64,000 bases of DNA. It comes from the human T2T-CHM13v2.0 reference genome, Homo sapiens. Within the stretch, counting starts at the first letter, position 1, and each line of letters begins with the position of its first letter. Positions 23,696 through 34,700 of the stretch are shown piece by piece. A model generated the notes under the pieces. The model was not told the origin of the DNA and did no database searches. It was given only the letters and a program-made list of their open reading frames with translations. The position numbers and the translations under genes are program-made. The stretch lies in the NCBI RefSeq assembly GCF_009914755.1, contig NC_060936.1. One strand, written 5' to 3'.

Positions 23696-23787
23696 GATAG
23701 CTGTTTTCCTAACACTTTCTTAGCATTTCTCTACCAGTAGGCAATTATTTAAAGAAGGAGAAAACATTCTGTTTCCAGAGTGGTGGA

Positions 23788-23821
23788 GAATTGAATTGAA
23801 TTGAATTGAATATGAATTGAA
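23788..23821. repeat. (GAATT)n microsatellite
   Basis: gaattgaattgaattgaattgaatatgaattga. Confidence 0.85.
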
Positions 23822-26029
23822 ACATACATATGGAGAGGATCAAGTTTGCTTCAAAGGATGTTTCCAAACTCGCATCTCCCTGCTCTGTGTTTCTTAATTA
23901 AATGGCTTATGTTGAGATCTCCTCCTCCTGCTTCAGAAATCACATCTTTCATAACCCTGCATGGTGAGCTCTGATCTGAAAACTTCCAGCTCCTCCTGGG
24001 GCCTGCACGGGACCCTCCTTTATTACCCCAAGAAGGTTGTCCTGGAGAGAAGGGCTTGCAGGAGCCGAGCTAAGGGGAGGCTGCTGCTGCTCCACAAATT
24101 GGAAAAGCTCTGCCTGGGAACACTGGGCTGTGCGAGCCACTCCCGGGGCTCATTTTCTCTGAGATGAGAACCCCTGCACCGGGTCCCACCCTGGTCAGGG
24201 CCGTGTCCTGAGGCTGGCGTGGGTGGGCACCTGCTGGCTTCCTGCTGTTTCACTCCGACCTTGTGCCCACATCACCATCACTTCTCGTCTTCTCACCTGT
24301 TCCCGAACTCAGTCCCCAAAGCGAGCTCTTCTTCTATAGCTGGAACATTCAGGGCAAGAGCTCTGTTCTTCCTGAGGGCTCTTGCTTCACATTCACTGAG
24401 GAATTAAAAGGTGCTTCCAGGGCTCTCCTGGAGGTCTGCAACCAGGCATCTGCCTCCGCCAGGGCTGGCACGGTCTGCTTTATTCAGGAGCAGTCGGGGG
24501 GGCATAAAATGCACGGATTGGCTTAGACCTAGGGAATGGGGAGTGGTCTTTGTGGGGGGAGGAATGAGAGGCTCACTAGAGTGAAATTAAATTAGGGTTA
24601 AATGGACAGAAGTGTGAGTAGCTTCTGAGTAGCCAAAACAACCCACCTCTAGGACTCCATTTCTTCCTGTTGGCCTCATGGCATTGACTCCAAGAGGATG
24701 CTGTGGTTTCATGAGCCCCTGAGGAGCCGTAGGTAGCTCTGGAGGGGTGAGGACCCTGGAGAGGGCAGGTGGGAGCATCTGCCACTAGACCTGCTGAAGG
24801 CCAGCCAGTCCCACATCTCTGCTTGTGGAGAACACGACACTGTCTGCCAGGTGCATTCAAGAGCTGGGTCCCAAGGCACCTCAGCCCCAGTTTATAGCAC
24901 AGAATATGTCCATGGCTGTTTTTCTGCCTGATCCAGAAAACATGAGCTCCCTCTGCCATACAGTGGGGCCAAATGATCCTTTCTGCACAGGCCTGGGCCT
25001 TTCTCGGTCAGATCGGGGCACTGGGACCTCCCAAGTCACTCCTGGTGGCATGCTGGTTTCTAAAGCATAATTTACAGTCCTTCTGGTAGCTCTTTCTCTG
25101 ACAGTGCCCACAGAGTCACTGTGATGACGGAGTGCAGGCTGGTGATGGCCTGGGCCCTCTGCTGTCTGCTTCCACTTCCCTGCCCCGTTCCTGTGCTGTG
25201 AACATTTGCACCCTGCTTTCTTCACGTGCATGTGCTGTGGCATGTTGTCAATGTTTTATTTTCTTGGAAACCCGTCTTCATTCGATCAAGGCTGCTTAAT
25301 TCTGCTGAAGTGCTCTGCTAAATCAGGAAAATGTGTATCTTTTAAGTAAAGGGTTTTCTGTAGAAGCAAACATAGTGATTTAGAGAGGACCTGACATGAT
25401 TTTTGTGGCCTGAGAATGACAGGTGATCATTTCAGAAGTAATCGGCCATCACCCCACAGTAACCCCATAAACAGGGCTGTTTTTAAGAATTTTAGACTTT
25501 CCATAACATCAGTCAAAGTCAATGAACCAGAATGGTGCTAATCAACATGGATAAATCTCAAGAAAGTAAACCCAAAGACAAACATCCAAAGTGGGAGGGC
25601 GGTAGTGTGCTGCGACAACCCCACCACTGACTCAGCCGTTACTCTACTGATGGTTATTCATGTCGTTTACTTAGGGGGTGTGCTTGGGAATGGGGTCACA
25701 TGGTGAGAAACACTTCAGTTTTGCTGATTTTTGCCAAATTTCTGTCCAGAGCAGCACCGATAGCCCACCAGTGTAGTAGACGTAAAGTCTTGCCACCCTC
25801 ACTGGTGTGAAACAGGATCTCACTGAAGATGTAATTTGCATTTCCCTGATTACCTGTGAGTGTGAGCATCTCTCACCTGGTTATAGCCCGTCCCATTTAC
25901 TGTCTCCCTCCCAGTTTCTGCTTCCCCTCACCTTGGGTTTTAACCCCTCACCACAAGAACCCAAACCTGTATCAGAGTCCCCAGGCCTAGAGCTGCTTCA
26001 CCTGCACAGTTACAAACAATAAAAAAAAC

Positions 26030-26347
26030 AAAAACACACTTACTGAGGTGTAACTGGCAAAAAAATAAATGCACATGTGTAAAGTGTTCAAAGCATTTAC
26101 CCATAAAACCATCACCATGGTGAAGACGATGAACGTGTGTGTCACCCCGAAAGTTCCCTGGGTCCCCTTTGTAATCCCTGTCCCCTCCCTGTTCCTTCCC
26201 ACCTCCCTCCCCTGTCCCAAGGCAACCGCTAATACTTGTTCTTTCGCCATAGATTAATCTGCATTTTCTAGAACTTTTGTATGATGGAATTGTATAGTAT
26301 GTACTCTTTTCTGGCCTGGCGTTTTCCACTCAGCATTATTGTTTTGC
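26030..26347 (-). mobile_element. Old L1M 3-prime end fragment
   Basis: tactgaggtgtaactg...tcaccccgaaagttccct...aggcaaccgctaat...ttttctagaacttt...atggaattgtatagtatgtactctttt...ccactcagcatt. Confidence 0.75.
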
Positions 26348-29297
26348 TAAGCCATTAGTGTCAAGCTAAGTCCAGTTTTGCTTACTGGACTAGCGAGCCA
26401 AGACCCTTCTGTGCGCTCCACCCAGTGCCCTAGAAGTTCCAAGGTTTCCAGGCCGGCAGGTGTGGACTCAGGCTATTCCTGGCCCTGCGTGAGCTCCAGT
26501 TCGGTTCCCTGTAATCCATTGGGTGGTTCTTTCCCTGTTCTGGGCGCTTCCTTCCTGCATGTGCCAGTCTCTGCTGCGCTGAGAACTCGAGGGGCCCTCC
26601 ACTCCATGCAGCTCTCTCCTCTCCGGTCACTGGTCTTGGATATCTGAGCACCAGGGTCTCTGCCGGGTCTTGCCTAGGTTCCCCTCGCTGCTGCAGCGTC
26701 TGGGAACTGTCTCAAGGCTGAGCTCCGGGGCAGTTATAGAGCTCGCTTCTGCGCTGTTTCCTGTCCCTCATGCACCCCTCCCCTTCATTGCCTGATGGAT
26801 GTCCAGTGCTGTGAAAGGCACAAATTCACAAACTCACCTTAGGTTTCAGTTGGTGCCAACGGGCGGTGAGTCCGGTCTTGTTACACTGTCTTGGGCACAA
26901 GTCTCGACTGAGCTTGTTACTTTATGTTTCTATCCTCTTTCTGGTGCATGGAAATTTTATTTAAGTTTTGAACTTGGCCATATCTTTTTAGTTTGGAAAG
27001 TTAGATTTTAAGAAATACGCTTAATCTGTGGAGGGAAAAATTATGGAAGATTTTGAAATAGACCAAAAAGATTGCTGAATGCGTTTCATGGGAAGTGGGT
27101 GTTATCTGGGTTACCTGATTCTCGGGAGTCTGTGCTCCCTACCATGTCCCTGAGCCACCTCACAACCCTGTGAGTGACAGGGTGCCCACGGATTCACGTG
27201 ATCCTTGGCCATTGACATGTAGGTCTCGTCTGGTTGATTCAGTTGATTCTTCTCCCTGGACATCAAGTTCTGCCAGTTTTGTGTCTATTAAGCACACTGA
27301 CTTCAGCGTTCGGGATGGGCTCATGTACATATGGTTCTTTGAATTTCCCTTTGAAGTGACGGTCACATCTCACAGGTTCCCTTGCCCATTAACACGTTAA
27401 ATAATATCTTTGATGTGTGTTCATTTTATCTCTGTATGAGAGTCACGATTTACCTTGTTAAAAGTTATCCTTTAATATGTGGGGGAGAATTTCAAGGGGA
27501 AGGCTTTCTATGTTGTTGACTTCAGAGTTCTTGTGCGTTTGTGTGCTCCAGGCCTGGGAAAACCTGGTTTAAACTGTTTCATTTGTGAACTTACAAAGTA
27601 GCATAGCAAACAAGGGAAACTGTGAGACAAAGCAGACGAACAGAAATATGAACGAGCACAGACTCTGGGGACAGCCACAGAGCTTCACAGAGCATATCTC
27701 TCCTTAGACGGTTCTAGAAGCAAACTGTGGGCTGTCAGATTCCCCCATTCTTTTCTAAGTAAAACCACTCATCTTTCATGGAAAATAACATCATTTTTGA
27801 TGTGGCATATCAGAGGGCTCAAGACCACAAACATGACCGGTTATTATTAACAGCCACAGAGCTAGGCTGTAAAATAGATCAGAATTTTACAAACTTTGAA
27901 ACCCACACCATTATTTTCACAGGAGTGAGGATTACACCCCTGGGAGCTCCTGATATGGTCCCCTGGGGGCAAACCTATGATGGAAATTTTCCCATCATCT
28001 GAAATCTTCTACCCTGAAGGAATATATTGAGAGTCCTGTTTTGTAGATTGTGTTATGAAAATATTATTTTTTTCCTCTTGGTTGAGGATCACTGATATGC
28101 ATAGAGGCAGTGTTAACTTGTTCTGATCGTAAACGCTTTTTCAGACACACATTAGAGGTTGTACTTTAGTTTACAATCCAGGAGGAAAGTTTGCCGGCTA
28201 TAGGGGAAAATCCCAAGTTGCGGCATTGGAAACAGGAACCAGTGAGAATGATCAATGCAAGGACCACTGCCCATTCTTTTGATCTTTATAAAGAATGTTC
28301 TCCTAAAGCTCAGGTCTAGCCACACTGGGGCCCTGACTCTGTCAAAATTCGGGGACAAGAGGCCAAGGTGGAGGGTTCCTCTGGGAAACATGGAGCCCAT
28401 CATTGCTGAGGCTGTATTTTAAGCTAGGCTTCTCTTTTCTTCCTCTGATACTGTGCTATATCACAGCACCGATAACATTAACATGAAGTTGTGGAGAACT
28501 TGGCAAAATTCTAACCAAGTGTCTGGAGAAAAATAATTTATAACATGAATATTCCATGAGCAAGAGGCATCTGAGAAGAAAAATAGTCTGGAAAGAGACC
28601 TAGAGGCAGAGCCAGCACCTTTGATGTGGGTGGACCATGGAACCTGACACAGGGCGGAAGACCCCGTGGGGATAATCACTTCCCTTGGTTCTAGCGTGGA
28701 CCACACAAGAGATCCTTGTGTTGGAAAGAGAAAACAAAGCACACGCTTCTGGATGCAAGCAGGTGTTAATACAGCTTCCAGGGCCCTAGGACGACGAAGG
28801 AAGCCATGTCCCTGGGGAGAACTGAAGACACCCATGTCCCAGGAGCCAGTTGTGGAGGCGTTGATTGTGCCGTGGGTCTTGGACTCACGTGTGTTGACAT
28901 TCGACAAATAGATGAGATTTAGGATGCTGGGAAGGAGGGGGAGGATAATTACTAATTATGGTAGCATTGTCCACAATGATTAGAGTAACGGGATAAAATT
29001 TAGAGAGATGATTTTGTGGCAACGACTTGGGTGTAATTTTTGAAGTGGAGGAAATTGTTGCAGGAAATAATCACAGGCTACCCCCGCTGTGATAAACAGG
29101 TTTGAAGAACTGCACGGAACGCTGCCTGGCGAGCGCCTGCTGGTGTTTGAGAGAAGCTCTGTGCTTCACCCCTGAAGCTGGGTTGGATGGCATCAGTGGT
29201 TCCTAATGTGTTGAGACACGCCGCGGACCAGAGAATGCTTGGAAGGGGAACGGTGGAGAAAAGGGGCCAGATGGCAGCGGAGCCGAGTCTGCGCTGC

Positions 29298-29714
29298 TGT
29301 GGCCGTTTCCTAGGGCCACCGTGACAAATGGCTAGTGGCTTTAAACAGCAGAAAGCCGTTCTCCTGCAGCTCTTGAGTCCACGAGTCTGAGACAAAGGCG
29401 TTGGCAGAGCTAGTTCGTTCTGGAGGCTCAGCGGGAACGTCCACCCCTGCCTGTCTCCTAGTAGTCCTGGCCTGCGGCAGCCAACTCCAGTCTCTGCCCC
29501 GTCTCCCCACGGCCTCCTCTTCCGTGTGTCATTGTCCTTTCCCGCAGTGTACGAGGACACTCAGATGGGACTGAGGGCTCGTCCCCATCTAGCACAGTCT
29601 CATCTTCAACGTTACATTAATGACATCTGCAAGGACCCCATTTCCAAATAGGGTCACATTCTGAGGGTTCTGGGGAGACATGAATTTTGTGGGGAAACCG
29701 TTCAACCCACAACA
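29298..29714 (-). mobile_element. MLT1B/C-like MaLR solo LTR
   Basis: gtttcctagggccaccgtgacaaat...catctgcaaggaccccatttccaaatagggtcacattctgagg...ttcaacccacaaca. Confidence 0.8.
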
Positions 29715-31086
29715 CAGGTGGAGCTGGGATGAGGCAGAAAATGGGTCTGCATGTCTCTGCCTTCACTGGTACCTCCCTAGTCAAGGACCCCATGTGCTTT
29801 CCTGCAGGACTGACCGCAGCCGTCTTCGTGCTCATCTCGCTTCTTTCTTGTTCATGTTTTTCCTTGTCTATGCACCAGGGAGAATGAGCTTCTGTTATTT
29901 TAACCTTTGTAACTTTATTGGGAAATAAGTATTAAGAGAAGCAGACAGCAACTTCCTAGATCCAGAAGTTTAGAGCAAGAGGGGTTTCAGAGGTTACTCT
30001 TTTGTGCTTTTCATTTCTGACAATATTTTTTTCATGGATTCTGGCCTTGCCCTCCCCATGAGACTAGAAGTTCTTTGATGGCAGAGTCTGGGTTTTTTAT
30101 TTCATAGCATCCCTCCAGAGGGCTCAGATTCCAGATCCTACAGAACACATTTTCAGTAGCTGTGTCTGTTGCTTGCTGGATTCTAGGGAAGCGTCGTGAG
30201 CGTCCTGGGTCAGTGGAGCTCCTCAAGAGGATGTGACCCAGGGCGGGTCGGCTGCTCGGCCTAACAGAAACCTCCATGCCCTTTCAGTGATCTGTTTGGA
30301 ATGTGCTGGGTTTGAGTTGCTGAGCAAGGTACCACCGTACACATTTGCAGGCTGGGACCATATTTTTATTTTCCACTGATCTTTCTTCATACCTGATGTT
30401 TCAAGATTCCTTCTTTTATCATTTCCTTTCCATTTCCAGAAATGTACTTTAGACATTTTTTATGTCCGGCCTGTTGGCATCAAATTCTCTGTTTTCCTTT
30501 GAGAACGTTCTTGTTTCTTCTTCATCCCTCAAGGGTATTTTCGCTGGACATAGAACTCAGGGTGCACAGTTCATTTCCTCCAGCTCTTGAGAGAGGCCGC
30601 TCCCTTCCATCCTCAGCAGTTTCTGATGGGAAATCCACGCTATTCTAATTGTCTGGCCTTGTAGGTGAGATGTCCTTTCTCTCTCCCTGCTTTCAACAAT
30701 TTGTTTTCTTTGTCTTTGGTTTTCAGAAGTCTGACTATAATGTGTCTGGCAGTGATTTGTTCAGGTTTTCCGGTTTGAGTTTGCTCAGCTGCTTGAATCT
30801 GTGTGTTTATATGTTTTGCCAAATTTAAGAAATTTTGGCCATTGGACTGTTTTTCCAACCCCACTCCCTTTCTCTTCTCTTTATGGGGCTGCAGTGACAC
30901 GGATATTATATCTTTCGTTGTTGTCCCACGGGTCCTCAAGGCTCTGTTAATTGTTTAAAATCTATTTTATCTCTGTTGTTCTGATTGGGTAATTTATGTT
31001 GTTTTTCTTCAAATTATCCTTCTGTCCACTACTCTTTCCTCTGTCCTCTCTATTTTTATTTTTGCTGTTGAGCCATCCATTGAGGT

Positions 31087-31391
31087 GTTTTGTTTTCTTT
31101 TTTTGAGACAGAGTCTCACTCCGTCACCCAGGCTGGAGTATAGTGACGCCATCCTGGCTCACTGCAGCCAGCCCCCCAGGTTCAAGTGATTCTCGTGCCT
31201 CAGCCTCCTGAGTAGCTGGGACTACAGGTGTGCTAATAGACACCATGCCCGGCTAATTTTTTTGTATTTTTAGTAGAGATGGGGTTTCACCATGTTGGCC
31301 AGGCTGGTCTTGAACTCTTGACCTTAAGTGATCTGCCCCCCTCGGCCTCCCAAATTGCTGGGATTACAGACGTTAGCCACCACGCCCAGCC
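31087..31391 (-). mobile_element. AluS element
   Basis: Antisense dimer with TSD ccatccattgag on both sides. Confidence 0.95.
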
Positions 31392-31462
31392 CATCCATTG
31401 AGATTTTGATTTCAGTTATTCTATTTTTCACTTCTAAATTTTCCATTTGGTTTTCCTTTATA

Positions 31463-31663
31463 CAGGTTGAGGATCCCTAATCTGAAAATCTGAAATCTGA
31501 AATGCTTCAAAACTCCAAATCTGCTGAGCGCTGACATGACGCTCAAAGGAACTGCTCACTGGAGCACTTTAGATTTTGGATTTTCAGCTTAGGCATGCTC
31601 AGCCGGGTACATATAATGCAGAAATGTCAAAATCTGAAAAAGTCCAAAATTGGAAGCACTTCT
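31463..31663. mobile_element. Tigger4/MER46-like DNA transposon, truncated
   Basis: TA-caggttgaggatccctaatctgaaaatctgaaatctgaaatgc...gctgacatgacgctcaaagga...ttttggattttcag. Confidence 0.8.
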
Positions 31664-33920
31664 AATTCTTTGCTGAGACTCTTTTTCATTTGTTTCAAGA
31701 GTGTCTGTAACTATGGAAGCATTTTTATGATGGCTGTTTTAAAAATCCTTGTCAGTTAATTTCACTGTCTGCATCATTTGGTGTTGATGTCTGTTGGTTT
31801 TCTTTTCTCATTCAAGTTGAGATTTTTCCGGTTCTCGGTATGACAAATGATTTTCAGTTGCATCCTGGACACTTTGGTTATTATGTTATGACACTCTGGA
31901 TCTTATTTAAATCTGTTTTAGCAGTCCTTCTCTGATACCCACCACTGGGAAGGGCCATGTGCCGCAGTACTGCGGCGTGGGGGTGAAAGTCCGAGTGCCC
32001 GCTCTGTGTCCCTTGGAGTCCTGGTGAGGGCTGGGTGCCGCATGGCTACTGGGTTCCCCCAGGGCTCTGCTGATGCCCCGCATTGCTTCTCCCCATGGCT
32101 TCACACTCGGTCTTCTCCAGTGCCACCTCCCTGGGGATGCTCGGGGCATCCGCCACAGCCCTGATACCCACTCAGCCTTTGCTCATAGAGGCTGGGTGGG
32201 GCCACACTTTCTCCCGTGGTATTTGGAGTAGCTAATTACTGCCTGTCTAGGTGGCCCCTTTCGTGGTCCTCTGTGGTTACTGGACATATCAGATCAAATA
32301 GCTCAGGAGGCAAATAATCCACGCAGGCAGCGACAGCAGGGGTCATGTTCAAAAGACCCAGCAGCATGGACAATGCTGTGTCAGAGCGATGCTGGCTGTT
32401 AACTGCTGGCTGGGTCACACCATGCAGAGACTGGCCAAGTCAGTCCTGGGTGACAGAGGCCGTGGCCAAGGGGGCCTTACGGACACCAGCAGCCTCTCCA
32501 GGGGCATCAGCAGCCGTACCACTAAACCAGAGGAGTTGGATTCTGATTCTTACTCTTTGTCCAACAACATCAGAGTCAGTTACCCCTGCCTGTGACACCT
32601 GATGGTTCTGTGTCTTCCATCTTCCCTCACGTATCAGTAGCTACCCCTGGATTCTTTTGATCAAAAACTTTGGGATGCGGAATGTAAAATCACTTATGAT
32701 CTCACTGCCTGGAGATCCCATTGCCTGGATTCTCAGGCAACCCTTCTTCTCCTTGACCCTTGGGCCAAGCTCATGGGCTGTGGTAATTCTGGCCTCCCAG
32801 GGGCTCAGTCCACCCCGCCCATGTTACCTGGATGGAGAACAGAGTGGACAGAGTCCTGAAGGTCCCTCCTCCTGGGGTGCATTTTACGTAACACTGTTCA
32901 GACCTGGACACCCGTGAGACTCATCCCTGTGAATGAGCTCAGGATCATGCAGGGCGTCATATTCTCCCTCCCCCAGCCCCCACTGCAGGCCTCAGAACAA
33001 ATCCTGCAGGTCAGCGGTATAAGTATAATGAGGCTTATAACATCAGGACCTGCAGTCAGGAGCCCCGCCCAGCCTCTCAAGGTGATGCCTATGGCCCCCA
33101 AAAGTCCCTGTGTTCCCACCCCCAGTGACTCAGGCTGGGAGTATGCCTTGAAGGCAGGGGAGGAGGGACCACAACCCATCTGACCTGGCTTCGTGAGAAC
33201 GTTAGTCATGGGTCCTCTTGGGATCAGTAGCCAGCTGTCACCTGCCGTCCCCGTCACAGGCTTACCACTGACTTCCCTGTTCCTGTGCAGAACTCAGCAA
33301 ATCAAAATGAGACGTAAATATTCAAGCCTCTGGCTTAATAGTAGGATCCTCTTCTCGCCTGCCCACGCTTGTGTTTCCCCCAGCTAGAAATCTTGACTCA
33401 TTTATAGTTGATCTGATGTTGATTTAACTGTTTTTTTAAACTTCTATTTTGGAATAATGATAGATTCACAGGAAGTTGCAAAAATAATTACAAAGAAGTC
33501 CTGTGCACCCTTCATCCAGTTTCCCCCAGTGATTACAAATGAGAGAAATACAGCGCAATGTCAAACCAGGAAACTAACATCAGTGCTATGTATGTATATA
33601 GTTCTGTTAGTTTAACACAGGTGTAAATTCATGGAATCACCACTGAAATGAAGATACAGGCCGTTTTACCAGCCAGCAGATCTCCTCGTTGCTATCCTGC
33701 CTTCCTTCTACCATCCCTAACTCCTGGCAACCAGTGTTCTGTTCTCTGTATTTATGATTTTGTCATTATGACAGTGGTCTGTAAATAGAATCATACAGTA
33801 AGTGACCTTTTGAGATGGACTTTGCCACTCAGCATAATGCCCATGGTTGTATAGGTCAGTTGTTTATACTTTTTCATTGCTTAGTGTGGTATTTCATGGA
33901 ATGGAGGAACCACAGTTTGA

Positions 33921-34203
33921 TTTTTTTGTTTGTTTGTTTTTTGTTTTTTGTTTTTGAGATGGAGTCTCACTCTGTGGCCCAGGCTGGAGTGAGGTGGTGC
34001 AATTTCAGCTCACTGCAACCTCCGCCTCCCAGATTCAAGCGATTCTCCTGCCTCAGCCTCCCAAGCCCGGCTCATTTTTGTATTTTTGGTAGAGACGGGG
34101 TTTCACTGTTGGCCAGGCTGGTCTTGAACTCCTGACCTTGTGATCCGCTTGCCTTGGCCTCCCAAAGTGCTGGGATTATAGGCGTGAGCCACCGCGCCTG
34201 ACC
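33921..34203 (-). mobile_element. AluS (Sg-like) element with internal deletion
   Basis: Antisense Alu; cctcagcctcccaag is joined directly to cccggct (roughly 30 bp missing). TSD aaccacagtttg / aaccacaatttg. Confidence 0.92.
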
Positions 34204-34367
34204 AAACCACAATTTGTTTGACCATTTGCCCACTGAAGGATGTTTTGGTTGTTTCCAGCTTCTGACTATTACTAATAAAGCTGCTGTGAACAATTGTGGA
34301 CGGCATTTTGTGTGGACATAAGTTTACGTTTCTGTGAGACAAATGCCCAGGAGTACTATTACAGGGC

Positions 34368-34700
34368 TGATATGGTTTGACTGTGTCCTCACCCAAATCT
34401 CACCTTGAACTAATCCCCACATATCAAAGGGGGGGCCAGATGGTGATAATTAAATCACGGGAGCACTTTCCCCCATACTGTTCTCATGGTAGTGAATACG
34501 TCTCTTGAGATCTGATGGTTTTATAAAGGGGAGTTGCCCTGCGAAAGCTCTCTCTTACCTGCCGCCATGTAAGACCGGACTTTGCTCCTCATTAGGTCAC
34601 CCTAGCCATGTGGAACTGTGAGTCCATTAAACCTCTTTCCTTTATAAATTATGCAGTCTCGGATATGTCTTTATTAGCAAGGTGAAAATGAACTAATACA
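34368..34700 (+). mobile_element. THE1-family MaLR solo LTR, sense to ADGRD1
   Basis: tgatatggtttgactgtgtcctcacccaaatctcaccttgaa...gccatgtggaactgtgagtccattaaacctctttcctttataaatt...aactaataca. The 5-bp TSD is agggc / agggt. Confidence 0.92.

Larger units (their letters stand above)
30355..32260 (-). mobile_element. Ancient L1 (ORF1/5-prime region), interrupted by an Alu and a Tigger4-like element
   Basis: The minus-strand ORF 30640-30939 contains the L1 ORF1p-like segment NFLNL..IQAAEQT..TARHIIVRLLKTKDKENKLLKAGREKGHLTYK. Confidence 0.75.

Noticed and set aside
23180-23723. ORFs with familiar-looking peptides (also at ~33815, 49384, 52398, 55270 and 58778)
   Set aside because: Alu-derived translations.
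30640-30939. ORF with L1 ORF1p similarity
   Set aside because: Degenerate fragment of an ancient L1, not an intact or domesticated gene.
32280-33300. Possible pseudogene or retroelement-internal sequence
   Set aside because: I recognised no convincing protein motif in any frame; a translated search (tblastx or HMM) would be needed.
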